Shown: positions 1-13,277, counted from the stretch's first letter. The stretch is 64,000 nt of DNA from Sphyrna mokarran (GCA_024679065.1 JAGIQG010000030.1:3224001-3288000); one strand, 5' to 3'. The notes: generated by a model from the letters alone, not told the origin. Program-made: numbers and translations.

Positions 1-3000
1 CTGCAGTGGGCTACTAGCTACTAAAATGTTTTCCATAATCCTTAGTCTTGTCAACATTCCACCTCCATAAATTGCCCTGGCCCCCAGATTTGAGTGGAAC
101 CATCGTTCAATGATGATGGGTGCCCCCTGTTAAGCCTGGTGTTTCCCCCTATGTTGCAGAGCCATTCTGAGTACTGTGCTCATCTTCAGCTTTCCCTCGG
201 AGGTGTACTCAGCAGATGCATGTCTTTTGAAGCAAGTCATGATTTGCGCATTCTGACCGCTTACTGATCTGAATGGATTTTTTGACAGAGAGGTATGATT
301 CCAGCATTAATGAAATGCAAATGTTCCTAAGGTTTAACACAGGGAAACGCGGTCTGCTACTGATAGGGGAGGGAATGATTGCGGCAAGATTTGACACTTG
401 GTGTGATATTTTCAGTTCTGCTGAGCCCATAAACAAAAGCAGAAAATCCTGGCCAATAGATTTTTCAGTTTGTCTCTGAACCCAGTGGATAGTGAGCACA
501 TTGCATTAGTTATACATGTGGAGCGCTGACCAGTAGGAAATTAAATACTGTACAAAGTTGTAAGGCACTTAAAATATCTCCCCTTCACACTGTTTTAACT
601 CATTTTTGAACCTTACTGTCAATCTCCATGAGACAGAGAGCTTTTTTACACTCCAGTCCCTTCACCTGAAAATGTTTCTTCGCTTATGTCCTTACAAATG
701 TGCATTCCCCTCATCTAATGAAACTAACTTTCGTCTATTACATGTAGATGTCATCACACCTGCTGTGGGATCAATTTTGAGAATTCAGTTTTCCTATGTC
801 ATCTCAACAATTACAACTTCTGACACCTTTTATCTTCTTACTGCAAAAGATAGACCATAAAAAATATGAGAGACTAATGACATGGTGGAAACCAAATTTT
901 GATGTTAAGTCTGTGTGGCTTAAGCCTGAAGAAGGTATCCTTGGAAAGGAGTGATGACTATATGGGAGATAGCAAGTACGACAGCACTCACAATCTCATC
1001 ATTTTCAGCCTGTTTCCTAAATAATCTAATGTTAAAAAACACTTCTATGCAGTGAAAAGGCTGCTCAGTAGAACAGTAGTAATCTGTTTTGTTTTCTCTA
1101 CGAACTAGATAAGTTAGCCTCCAAGATATACCACCACTTTACATTATATTTTATCATCTTTTCCCCTTTCCATGGCATTAGGAGGGATTCATTCATGCTC
1201 AGAGATAATGAGCTAGAGGAATCTAGATATTTATGAATTGGATGCTTTGCTAAGTGTGCTGCAGATGGCAACTTGATTGGCCAAGTTTGTACAGCATTGT
1301 CTGAAGATTGTACAATGAACGGTGGCTATTGCAGGAACATCAGCAGTTATACCACCCATGCCAGAAACCGAGGGCAGCAAAATGCTCAGACTGAAGAAGC
1401 GTAAAGCAGCAGGAATTTTATTGCTTTTTACCTCAACAAAATTACTTAAAACTTTGAATTTAGAGAGAGCTTCACATATCACAGGGACCATTCAGTCTAT
1501 GTTCATGCCATTCTGTGGCCATGATTAAGCAGTGGTAATAGCATGTCTAAAATGCATCTTGGTACAGTCTGTCAGAACTTTATCCTTCCCGAACCCGTGT
1601 AGTTGACTAGAAAACATGGAAGTCAGGGAATTTGCAGAGTGGCCTATATCAGGGATCAGGTGCCAGAAGGCAGTTTCAAAGCCATAATGTTGCTATTAAC
1701 ACATAATAAGAAACTTGCACACTCCTTCAACTGAGGTGGCATCTCAAAGAAAAATCATACCAGGATTTAGAGCACTTGCAGCAGTGCTTCAACATGGTAC
1801 AAATGTGTTCAATGATTACTTACTGAATACACCTTTTAATACTTCAGGTTCAGGAGGTCTTGGATACTGCAGAGATGTTTGGAGGTATGACATCAGAGGT
1901 TTCCTTGAAAGCCCAAGAGCTACTTCGTCTAGCTTTACTGTGTTAAATATTGGTAATGTGAACTGCCTTGACATGTTTTAGGGAGTTCAGGATTGCAAGT
2001 AAACAGAAAATTACATGGTGCATTCTTGCACGTTATGCCATTTTTCAGGGATCTTGGAGAGTTATGTATTGCAATACATAATTTTCAGGGAGCTTGTCAC
2101 TCTAAAGTTGGTCTGCCCCCTCACCCTGATGCCTTTTGTGTAGAGAATGTTATTAACTGGGAAGTTCAAGCTGTATATACTTGATTTGCTTCAAACATTA
2201 TGCACTCCTAATTGGTTTCTTATTTGCGATATTCCAGTAGCAGCTGGAAATAATCCCAATGAATACAATCTAGTGCTGTTGTGACTTTTATAGCCACTGG
2301 CATTACCATATTTACTGTGGAATTTGACTGCAGATCTGCTTTTACCGTGTGACATAATATCACAGCTTCCTTGGTATGTTGAAGTCTTTACAGCTATTGT
2401 TTTCTGAACAACTGTATATAAAGACATTACTGCCTGTATATACTAGCTGATGCGGATAGGCATATCTTCCCCATAATGTTTAAACTATTGGTCTCTGTCG
2501 AACTCAGATCCCAGTAATTCTGACTGCCCAGGTTATAGGGGCAACTTTTAGGTTGATATAAATTACTGAACATCACGTGAATTATATCATTGTGCACAAA
2601 TTTATATCCATCCAACCCCACCCTCCAGAATGGCATGCTTCAAGAAGCTATTAATAACTCCAATCTCAATGATCAAGGCAAACATGAATAGAAAAGGAAC
2701 AATATTGATTGCCTAATTTCACAGATGATCAAAATTATCTTTGAGTTTCAGTGCTTCAACATGACACTTCTGGAAACTAGGATACGTAGGAGATTTATTA
2801 GAATAGCATCAGGGATAAGGTACCTCAGTTGAGTATAGTATCAATTCCTATAGCATATAACTAGATTAGAATTTATAGTACTATAACACCTACCAGTTTC
2901 AGATATCAAATCAGTTTTTCTCCTTTGCCAGGAAACAACTCACATAATCTAAAACATTGTACTTTGAAGTCATGGAGATACGACATTATTATTAAATAAG

Positions 3001-3135
3001 GTTTAAATAAATTTTAGAGAAACGAGTAGTGAAAGTTCTAAAAAAAAAGACACGCAAATAGATGTTTTCCAGGAAGACAGGTTTCAAGCCTTTTGAAAAA
3101 GGAGTAACTTTCATGAAACTGCCTCAAGTAAGAAC

Positions 3136-3378
3136 TGTAAGAAGTCTCACAACACCAGGTTTATTTGATATCACAGGCTTTCACCTGATGAAGCAGCAAT
3201 GTTCCAAAAGCTTGTGACTCATCTCATGAGGGAGCAGCACTCTGAAAGCTTGTGACTCACCTATTGAAAGAGTAGTGCTCTGAAAATTCATGATACCAAA
3301 TAAACCTGTTGGACTTTAACCTGGTGTTGTGAGACTTCTTACTGTGCCCACCCAGTCCAATGCTGGCATCTCCACATT
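3136..3378 (+). mobile_element. Penelope-like palindromic non-autonomous element with three tandem hammerhead motifs
   Basis: Inverted arms gtaagaagtctcacaacaccaggtt / aacctggtgttgtgagacttcttac, ~40-nt unique tail, TSD aagtaagaac (3126-3135, 3379-3388). Confidence 0.75.
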
Positions 3379-3477
3379 AAGTAAGAACCAACATCATCTA
3401 TTTGATACCAATGTGTTGAATCTCTGCTCCTGACAATAGAATGCTCCTCCTTGACCTTTTATACAAAATTCTTTACC

Positions 3478-4406
3478 CTATTTTATAAATGACCTAGATG
3501 AGGGTGTAGAGGGTTGGATTAGTAAATTTGCTGACGATACCAAAGTGGGGGGAGTTGTAGACAGCGAGGATGGATGTTACAGTTTGCAGAGGGACGTAGG
3601 TTGCAGAGCTGGGCCGTGAGGTGGCAAATGGAATTCAATACTGATAAGTGTGAGGAGATTCACTTTGGTAGGAATAACAGGCATATGAAATATAGGGCTA
3701 ATGGAAGGACCCTTAATAGTGTTGTCGAGCAGAGGGATCTTGGGGTACAAGTACATAGCTCTTTGAAAGTTGGCACCCAGGTTGATAAAGTTGTTAAGAA
3801 GGCGTACGGTGTGTTAGCTTTTATTGGTAGAGGGATTGAATTTAGGAGCCGTGAGATTATGTTACAACTGTACAAAACTCTGGTGCGGCCGCACTTGGAG
3901 TATTGCGTACAGTTCTGGTCGCCGCATTATAAGAAAGATGTGGAAGCATTGGAAAGGGTGCAGAGGAGGTTTACCAGGATGTTGCCTGGTATGGTGGGAA
4001 GGCCTTATGAGGAAAGGCTGAGGGACCTGAGGTTATTTTCATTAGAGAGAAGAAGGTTATGCGGTGACCTAATTGAGGCGTATAAGATGATCAAAGGATT
4101 GGATAGGGTGGATAGTGAGAGCCTTTTTCCTCGGATGGTGATGATCAACACGAGGGGACATAACTTTAAATTAAGAGGTGGTAGTTATAGGACGGATGTC
4201 AGAGGCAGGCTCTTCACACAGAGGGTGGTGAGGGCGTGGAATGCCCTGCCTACAGCAGATGTGGACTCGCCTACTTTGGGGGCATTCAAATGTTCGGTGG
4301 ATAGGCATATGGATGATATTGGAATAGTTTAGGTTAGAGGGTCCACTGGCCGGCGCAACATTGAGGGCCGAAGGGCCTGTACTGCGCTGTTATGTTCTAT
4401 GTTCTA
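3478..4406 (+). mobile_element. CR1-clade (HER1-like) LINE, 5'-truncated, RT C-terminus
   Basis: KFADDTKVGG, then the 252-aa ORF with LYKTLVRPHLEYCVQFWSP and FTQRVVRAWNALP. 3' tail gggccgaagggcctgt..(gttctat)n. Confidence 0.95.
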
Positions 4407-4872
4407 TTGGAACTGGCAAAAACATGACCAAATCTTGAGGGAGGCAACCAAAGTAATCTTATGACTTCAGGTCTAGAGGGTCCAAGCTCTGACAATGCCA
4501 AATTTGATAGGAATTGGGATGGATTTTGGAAAACTTCCTATTCACAGCAATTTACTAAGGTTTGCCTCAGACTTTTCCAGATTGCCCTGGACACTTAAAC
4601 ATGTGTTTAATTGCAAGTAGAGATTTCTAAACTTTAGTTAGAAGAGATAGCGGCATTTAGTGAAGTTACAGGTGCAGGCAGTGATTTTTTTAACATGGAA
4701 GATACAGGTCAAAGAGCAGCATTTTAGAGAAAGTAATGGTGTAAGTGATGAACTTTTTCCTCTACTTGATGACTTGCCTATTTTTTTTATATTTTCAAAA
4801 TGTGTATGTAGTAACCGTTGCTTAAGTAGTTTGAAGTGTTTCCATGTGCACTTGTAATTCTGACAAAGTCTA

Positions 4873-5188
4873 GGGGTAGTGCAATGATTAGCACTGCTGC
4901 CTCACAACGCCAGGCACACGGGTTTGATTCCTGCCATAGGTAACTGTATAGTATTTGCATGTTTTCCCCATGCCTGCGAGGGTTTCCTCCAGGCATTCTG
5001 GTTTTGTCCCACTCTCCAAAGATGTGCAGGGAAGGTGGATTGGCCTTGTTAAATTGCCCCTTAGTGTCAGGTGGATCAGCAGGGTAAATACACAGAGTTA
5101 CAGTGCTAAGGCCTACGTGGGATTGTTGTTGGTGCAGATTTGATGAACCGAATGGTGTCTCTGCACTTTAGGGATTCTTTGGATTCTA
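4873..5188 (+). mobile_element. HE1-type V-SINE, CR1-type tail (A)
   Basis: tRNA-like A/B box head, V-domain, ggattct tail. Confidence 0.85.
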
Positions 5189-7863
5189 AGTGATTGTGTT
5201 GCAAGGTCAGGTGATGTCATGAAGTCCAGCACACTTTTTTTCACTGATAATTTGAGGCTGGAGATCAGAAAGTGATTTTATCTATCTGAATAGTGTATAA
5301 GATGAAACAGGATGTTATCTAAGATTTATGTGGTACTGCGGTTGACCTGACTACCATACATAGCTCTGAGACAATATTCAGTGATGTGACAACCTGGTGT
5401 TGCACATTACACATGCTTACAAATGTGTAGAGAAGATTATGCTGAACCAAATGGTATGCAACATGTCAGACTTCTATTAAATCTGCTCTTACACCAATTA
5501 TATAAATAGTTAATCTGTAATGAAAAGAACCATTCTTGCCAATAGCACGTCTTTTGCAAATTAGTCATCTGTGGGTATCTTCTAACATCCTTTTTTGGAG
5601 TGTGTTCTCAACATTAACAGGACTATAAAGAGTATTTCTGTTCTAACGATGAGTTGATGGCCTCATTAAGGGTATTAGCTTGGAGTAGTCACTGAGCCTG
5701 ACAGCATGAGATAGATTGCATTAACATCAGTGGAGGCCTTTGTTAACCCAAGGGGCACTTCAGTGATCTTGTGAATGTTCAATTCCCTCACAATATTAGA
5801 CACTGTAATGCTCCAAAATCAGTCCCCTTGTTGCTAACATCAGGATTTGCCATTTCACAAAGAAAATGTTTTTAAAGAGCTTGAATGAGGTGGGGGGGGG
5901 GGGAAAGCAGAACCAGATAAAATACCAGATGTAGCCCATGCTTATGCAGCTACTTTCTCTTACATTGACAAAGTTATTTATAACATGCATAAATCCAAAA
6001 GTGGTAATATAATAGTTCTTAGTACAGTAAAACCAGAACACAGGTTTTTTCATCATTCTTTCATTGCACATTTTGTCCTTCTTCAGCTGGGTGAATATAG
6101 ATGCAGTTCAGCTCACTGGAAGTCCATGTTACCTGTCAGCATCAGGAGCTCTGAATTTAATCCCAGTATTGGAGAAGCATTTTCAAACTTAGCCAAGTGC
6201 TGAATAATGTTTGCATGAACAGATTAGCTTCACTTTAACTATTGTGATCTACATTTTGTGACTTTGCATCGCAGACTGTTAAGTGTGCTGCACACATGGA
6301 TATTCAGCATGCAAGTGTCACGACACAATTGTCTCTTACAAGCATGCACACCAAAACCAAAGTAGGTGGACAGTTTAATCCTCAGTACATCTGATTATTG
6401 TGCACTCAAACACACCAAGCTCAGATTAGCATTTGCAGTATAACTGCAGCCTCCTTTTTGGTGCTGTTAGAATTGCCTCATAAATATCTACACAGAATGA
6501 AATTTTAACCTATCATTATAAAATGTGATGCAACCGTTAACTCCAGCCATTTAACTGTCAGTTTTCCTAATTTTACAAAAGTGGATGTGGGTAAACAATC
6601 TTAAAATTACATGGGATTTATCCCCAACACTATTATACTGCCTTTCTTGAAGTTAATGTAAGCCAATCCTCTACAACCTTTATTTAATTATCTGGAGTTT
6701 TTTGTGGGATTAAGTGTACTTACTTGACGTTTTATATGTAGATAATACATTAATAATTGTGATAGCTAAAAAAAGCTAGGCTGTCCTACATGGTTTTTAT
6801 TTTGTAACTAATCATTTGCTGCAGTGCTTTCTGGAAATACTGAATTGATTGTAGACTTACTGAGGGCATGTATACTATTTTGATTGCCTGTTACTACTTT
6901 AACACCTAAAAAGCTTTGTGACCTGTGAAATAATGTTAAAATGCGCTTAATTTTCTGTGCATAGTGATGCAAAAATGAATGAAAAATGTTCATCATTTAC
7001 CATTTCCAGAATGTATTGCATAGGTTTCCAGTTAGTGTTTGAAGTGCAGTATTTGGCTTTCTCCACACTATAAATGTGCATACCAAACTCTCACATCATA
7101 TTAGAATTGTGATTATCACTAAATTGTAAAATTGTGTCCTCATGTATTGTGGATTTTGCCTTCTTCCTCTGTCTACTTGTTTTGTGATTTATAGAAAAAA
7201 AACTGTTACTGATGTTTTACCTATTTGAATATTGCTGCATTGTGATGGAAAATGGAAATTCTGTTACAAGTTTTTTTTGGATTAGTGTATTGTAAAAATT
7301 ATTGCTATACAGTTGTATACTCTTCATTGCTGCTGTTGTATTCAAGAACCTAAACATTTCTATTTATCTCAACTTTAATTTGAAAATTAGTAATGTCTAG
7401 TATTGATACTATATATAATTGTAATATTTGGTTTGTTTTAAGTTTTACAAATTTAAGTGAAGAAGAAATTTGTGAAGTTAGTGTAACTAACTTTAGAGGG
7501 AAGCTGGAGTTCCATTTGGATAAATTAGTTTCATTTCTTCAAGGTTAAGAAAAGTGTATTATCTTCCAATACTTTCACAAATAATGTAACACATTGTATG
7601 CTGTTACAGTTATAGCTGTAAACTATTTCTCAAGGTTGGAACATTTATGAGTTAATTGGTGTCAGCATCTTCAGTGTACCTTACTTTAACAGTGTTAAAT
7701 TGTGCAGTAACATGTTTAAGTTTCTTTGTGTAATAAGCAAACTACAGTTTTAAAATTCATATCTTGATTTTTCAGTCTGTCTAGTTCCAAGTACAGTATT
7801 CCTCTATAGTGACTATGTGGTGTCAGCAAAATCTCATTCATTAAGATTCACTACTTGCATAAA

Positions 7864-7869
7864 AATAAA
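7864..7869 (+). terminator. Candidate polyadenylation signal
   Basis: AATAAA with upstream TGTA motifs and a downstream G/T-rich tract (gagtgttgcctatttt). Confidence 0.4.
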
Positions 7870-8530
7870 TGCACGAGTGTTGCCTATTTTACGGGTTCTG
7901 ATAGCTGTGTGGAGCTATTTTATCTTTCTCATGTGCAACCGATTAAACTAAAGTTGCCAGTGTACTGCATTTAAAAATGACCAGCTCTTTTGGTTATTGC
8001 AGATAATTCCATGCCTTTATGACACCTACAGCGTGGTATTTCATTATTCTCTTATTCATCTCATCATCCTGTTTGTGGGGGGCGGGGGAAATGAAGTAAT
8101 CGCTTCTGTAGTTGAAGGGGTTCCATTCATGATTTTGTGGGTGGAAGCTGTATGTGAGTGAACAGAATGCCAATTTACAGATGTTGAAGGAAAACCTCAT
8201 AACTGACCATAGGTTAAAAATGTATAATTCATGCATTAAAATAAAATCCTTAGTGCAAAAAAAAATGAATTTGACCATTATTTATCTTTCTAATGGATCT
8301 GTTTTTTTCCCCCACTTTATACAGTTTCCTGACACGTACAGCTGAAACCAAGGAAAAGATTGCATGACTAATTCAATGAATAACCAAACACATTTAAGCT
8401 AAAAAAAAAAAATGTATTGATAGGTTAAAACTAGAACTTCAGGAGGATTTTCTCTATTTCAATGCTTTAATACTGTTGTGAGTATGTGAATAAGTACAAA
8501 GAAATAGCTGACCCAGCATGAAGCACATTT

Positions 8531-8655
8531 GGTGGGATTTTACAGCCTCACTTGTCCCGAATCTGTAAGATCCCATCCAAGGTCAATGGACCTTCCATGG
8601 TCCGCCCACCGCCCACTCCGATTCCCATAGCGGATGGGACGGTAAAATTCCGGCC
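8531..8655. mobile_element. Short MITE, GGGCRGRATTTTC-type TIR
   Basis: ggtgggattttac ... gtaaaattccggcc. Confidence 0.6.
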
Positions 8656-9254
8656 ATTAAATCTTTGAACTAAAAATGTTCTGCTAACTAATTATGGTCT
8701 TATAATAGCTTAATTTAAATCTGGATGCACACAATTGGTTAGCATCTCTGAGCAGATGATGTGTAATCTCATTGGAATAAACAAGAAACATACAAAATTC
8801 AGGGCAGTTAATTTCTGTTATGATCAGGATTGTTAATTTGGAAGAGGAAAATAGATTTATTTCCAAGCGGAAGAGTTAATTGCCACTAATTTCTGTGGGC
8901 CTTCTTGCTAACATCGTACATTAGATGGAAAATGTATAGAAGTGCTGAAGAAATGGAGGCTGGGGAAAATTCCTGTAGAAACTCTAACTCATCAGGCAAG
9001 CTAATGGTTTGCTCCCGCGACTTTGTACCCTAGGCATTGCCGCTCATCTTGTCCCAAGGATTTTGAATTCATTCTGAAATGAAAGTTTTAAGTGCATGGA
9101 TTCACTGCATATTATTCAGGTGTTGTATCTTGAATATTTTGGTTCAGGATTTTTGAAAAAACTACAGGAAATAAAATGCACTACAAATGTTAGATCACAG
9201 AATTTTTACCGTGCAGAAATAGGCCATTTGGCCCACAGTGTCTGCACCAGCTCT

Positions 9255-9535
9255 TAAAGTTTATTAGTGTCATAAGTAGGCTTATCTTAAAACTGCAATG
9301 AAGGTAAAGTGAAAATCCCCAGTCGCCACACTCTGGCGCCAGCTCAGATACACTGAAGGAGAATTTAGCATGGCCAATGCAGTCAACCAGCACATCTACA
9401 GACTGTGTGAGGAAACCAGAGTTCCCAGAGGAAACCCACACCGACACAGAGAACATACAAGCTGCACAGGCGGTGACCCAAGCTGGGAATCAAACCCGAG
9501 TCTCTGGCCCTATGAGGCAGCAGTGCTAACCACTA
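9255..9535 (-). mobile_element. V-SINE, alternative tail (B)
   Basis: V-domain with ttcattgcag..taataaacttt tail, inserted in a CR1 3' fragment. Confidence 0.85.
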
Positions 9536-10737
9536 ATAAACACAGTGCTGCCATCATGAGCATTGAGACTTGGTGGCATTTCCCGCATTTTCTCCGTACC
9601 CTTGCATGTTGTTTCTATTCAAGTAATCATCTAATGCCGTCTTTAATGCATTGATTGAACTATCTTGTTTGAATTTTGCTTCAGTATCAATGTTTACAAT
9701 GTGGCTAATTGCTATACAGACTTACTGTATGCTCTTATTTGTTGGGTCACCAAGCTTCCCTCAAGACTGCACACCTACTCAGCAATAAGTTAACTAGGAA
9801 TGCTGACCTCACATATTAGCAGGGTTCTCCCATAGAACTAATGTATAATCTACATTTCAGGCTCTGGTTTCAGACAGTAATGGGTGTGCATGAGATCGCT
9901 ACATTGCTTTTTCATCACCTTGAGCATGAATCATACAAATGGGAATAAGATTTATTTCTGTTGTAAGTAGAAGCTGTATCTGAAATGTCTCATTCCATTA
10001 CACAGTGGATATAAACTCCATATAATACTACTTAAAATTGCATAGTTCACTTATCTAAATCAGAAAGGCTGGTCCATTTGCAATGCTGTTCTAATATCGT
10101 GACTAAACCATTAAGAAATAGATTCTCTGGTAGCTAACCTAGAAGTACTTGAAGCTATCTATGTTCCAGAAATAGCAAAATTCTCATCTTGCACTGACCC
10201 TTTGATAAGCACACAATCCAACAATTTTTGGACCAGTGGGTACTATTTCACTACTACCAGCCTAATTCAGCATAATTAGATTAAATCTCCCCCATTCCAA
10301 GCAAGAGGTAGGATTCAGACTTGTTAAATATATGTCCTGACAGTGTTATGAATAGGCTTCTTCATGACACAATTCATAAAGAAACCTATGAATAGTATCA
10401 TGGCTTCTATGCATGAATTGATCCTGGAGATGTGCATTGTGTTCCAGAACTTGCTCCTAGCCAAGCTGTTCCAGTACAGCTACAATACTGACATCTACCT
10501 GGCAATGTGGTGAATTGCCCAGATATGACTTGTACACAAGAAACCGGACAATTCCAATCTGGTCAGTTACCACCCATTCAGTTTACTCTTGAACATCAGC
10601 TAAGTTCTGAAAGGGGTTAATAACAGCATGACAAAGCAGTACTCAACAATAACCTGCTCACTGATGCTCCCTTGAATTCTACCAGAGCCATTCAGCACCT
10701 GACCTCATTAATAGCCTGAGTTCAAACATGAACAAAA

Positions 10738-11345
10738 GACATTGATAGGATACAGAGCTGGGCTGAAAAGTGGCAGATGGAGTTTAACCCTGATAAGTGT
10801 GAGGTGATTTATTTTGGTAGGACAAACTTGAATGCGGATTGCAGGGTTTCGAGGAATGTGGAGGAACAGAGATTTAAGGATTCATATCCACAGATCTCTG
10901 AAGGTGGCCACTCAAGTAGATAGAGCCATGAAGAAGGCTTATTGTGTGTTAGCGTTTATTAACAGGGGGTTTGAGTTATGGGGTTATGCTGCAATTCTAC
11001 AGGACCTTGATGAGACTCACTTGGAATAGTGTGGACAATTCTTGTTACCTCACTCTTAGGAGGATGTGGAAGTATTGGAGAGAGTGCAGGAGAGATTTAT
11101 CAGGATGCTGCCTAGTTTGGAGAATAGGTCTTATGAGGAAAGGTTGAGGGAGCTGGGACTTTTTAGAGCAGAAGAGGTTGAGACACAACTTAATAGAAGT
11201 TTATAAGATGATGGGGGGGGGGGGTATAGATAGTCTCTGAACGTCCACTCAATTTCCTCAGTTGGATATAGTGGTACTAGGGGGCATAACTTTAAGGTTC
11301 ATGGTGGGAGATAAAGGTAGATTCTTTACTCAGAGTGGTTGGGTG
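10738..11345 (+). mobile_element. Decayed CR1 LINE fragment
   Basis: Homologous to 3600-4230, with frameshifts. Confidence 0.9.
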
Positions 11346-11615
11346 AGCAGGTTATTGCTGAGTACTGCTTTGTCAAATTGCATCACACAAATGCCAGACA
11401 ATATCCAATGAGAGAGAATCTAACAATTGACGCTTGATATTTAATGACATTGCCATCACTAAATCCTGCACTGTTAACATCCTGGGGGTTACCATTGACA
11501 CAAACTGAACTGTACTAGCCATATAGCTACAAAAGTAAGTCAGATGCTAGCAATCCTGAGTTGAGTAATTCACCTCCTTATTCTCCAAAGTTGTCCACCT
11601 GTCTACAAAGCACAA

Positions 11616-12014
11616 TAAGAAGTCTCACAACACCAGGTTAAAGTCCAACAGATTTATTTGGTAGTCACAAGCTTTCAGAGCGCTGCTCCTTTATCAGATG
11701 AGTGGGAGTCATGTTCACAAACAGGGCATATAAAGACACAAACTCAATTTACAAGATGTTAGAATGAGAGCCTTTACAGGTAGTCAAAACTTGATTACCT
11801 ATAAAGACACGCATTCCAACCATTATCTTGTAAATTGAGTTTGTGTCTTTATATGCCTTGTTTGTGAACATGACTCCCACTCATCTGATAAAGGAGCAGC
11901 GCTCTGAAAGCTTGTGGCTTGTGATACCAAATAAATCTGTTGGACCTTAACCTGGTATTGTAAGACTTATTACTGTGCTTACTCTAGTCCAATGCTGGCA
12001 TCACCATATCATGG
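11616..12014 (+). mobile_element. Penelope-like palindromic element (~360-bp hairpin plus tail) with a hammerhead motif in each arm
   Basis: Near-perfect inverted repeat centred at ~11789. 13-bp TSD ctacaaagcacaa (11603-11615, 12015-12027). Inserted in an older LINE. Confidence 0.8.
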
Positions 12015-12097
12015 CTACAAAGCACAAGTCAGGAATGTGATAGACCTGACTGGATAAGTGCAATTCCAACAACACTGAAGAAGCTCAACAGCAAGTA

Positions 12098-12398
12098 ATG
12101 CACAAGGAGGCATTTGGCCTATCAAGCCTACACTGACAACAATCTCATCCACATTCTGTCCTATCCCTGTAATCCCATGTATTTACCCTCCTAAACCCCC
12201 TGACATTAAGGGTCAATTTAGCGTGACCAATCTGCCTAACTTGCACATCATTGGACTGTAGAAGGAAACGAGCACCCAGAGGAAACCCACAGAGACATAG
12301 GGAGAATGTGCAAACACCACACAGACAGTGACCCGAAGCTAGAATTGAACTCAGGTCCCTGATGCTGTGAGGCAGCAATGCTAACCACTGTGCCACCC
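12098..12398 (-). mobile_element. V-SINE tail A
   Basis: Family homology within window. Confidence 0.85.
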
Positions 12399-12473
12399 AT
12401 TCTGCATTAGATTTGTCAGTTTCAGTTGCAGAATAATTCCTCTACATCTATCGTTGCTAATCTGACTTAACAG

Positions 12474-12880
12474 ATCATAGTGTCATAGAACTTTACAGCA
12501 TAGCGCAACAGTTGTGCTTTACAGATTGGCGCAACTTGTGGACCGAAGGCCTGTTTGTGTGGTAGTGTTATATGGAAACAGGTCCGTCAGCCCAACTTGT
12601 CCATGCTATCCTTTTTTTTAACCACTAGGCTAATTCCAATTGCCCGTGTTTGTCCCATATCCCTCTATACTCATCTTAACCACCTAAGTGTCTAAACACT
12701 TTTTAAAAGACAAAATTGTATCCGCCTCTACTATTACCACTGGCAGCTTGTTCCAGACATTCTCCACTCTCTGTGTGAAGAAATTCCTCCTCTGACCCTT
12801 TTCTATTTCTCCCTCTCACCATAAGCCTGTACCCTCTGGTTTTAGACTCCCCTACCTTTAGTAAAAGATATTGACTAGCT
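12474..12880 (-). mobile_element. CR1 LINE 3' end
   Basis: Minus strand VGESKTRGY.L, then EFLHTESG, 3' UTR and tail. Confidence 0.8.
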
Positions 12881-13277
12881 GGTCCTCTTTTTTTTTTGTC
12901 ACACACTAATGAATAATCATTGGAAACTGACCATTTTGGCACTGAAATCTCTCGGTAATCTCTGAACAATCTTGGTTCTTTGTCTCAGCACAATACTTTC
13001 TTTCGTCCAGTGAAATGGCTAAACCAACCAGTTGTTGCTCTAAAAACTTGGCTGAATTTAAAGAGGTTGATTTGTCTCACATAAATGTGTGTATCCACAG
13101 TGCATTTAAGATGATGATTTGTTACCATTCCAAAAATGTTCAATATTTCTGACATGCTTCCCCAGGTCAGTCCAGTGGCTGGTGCCTATTTTCGTGGTAC
13201 ATTTGGTCATGGCAACTTCCTCAGGTCAGGGTTTTTTTTCTTCCAATATTGCACCATTTTTCCACCAACACTGAATT

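Larger units (their letters stand above)
1..8250 (+). other. Probable long 3' UTR of upstream gene (IGDCC4 by synteny)
   Basis: No credible non-repeat ORFs. Increasingly AT/TGTA-rich from ~6 kb. AATAAA at 7864-7869 and ATTAAA/AATAAA at 8235-8245. Gene identity is inference only. Confidence 0.4.
10420..12090 (+). mobile_element. Older second CR1-like LINE family fragment, host of nested insertions
   Basis: Decayed RT motifs (LAKLFQYSYNT..W..AQ..VHKK; NILGVTID; YKAQVR), split by the CR1 and Penelope-like insertions. Confidence 0.65.

Noticed and set aside
1-70. Possible final coding codons of the upstream gene
   Set aside because: All plus frames stop within 70 nt and no peptide is recognisable.
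3181-3294. CRISPR-like array of ~38-bp repeats
   Set aside because: Units are contiguous with no spacers, the context is eukaryotic and there are no cas genes. Explained as tandem hammerhead units.
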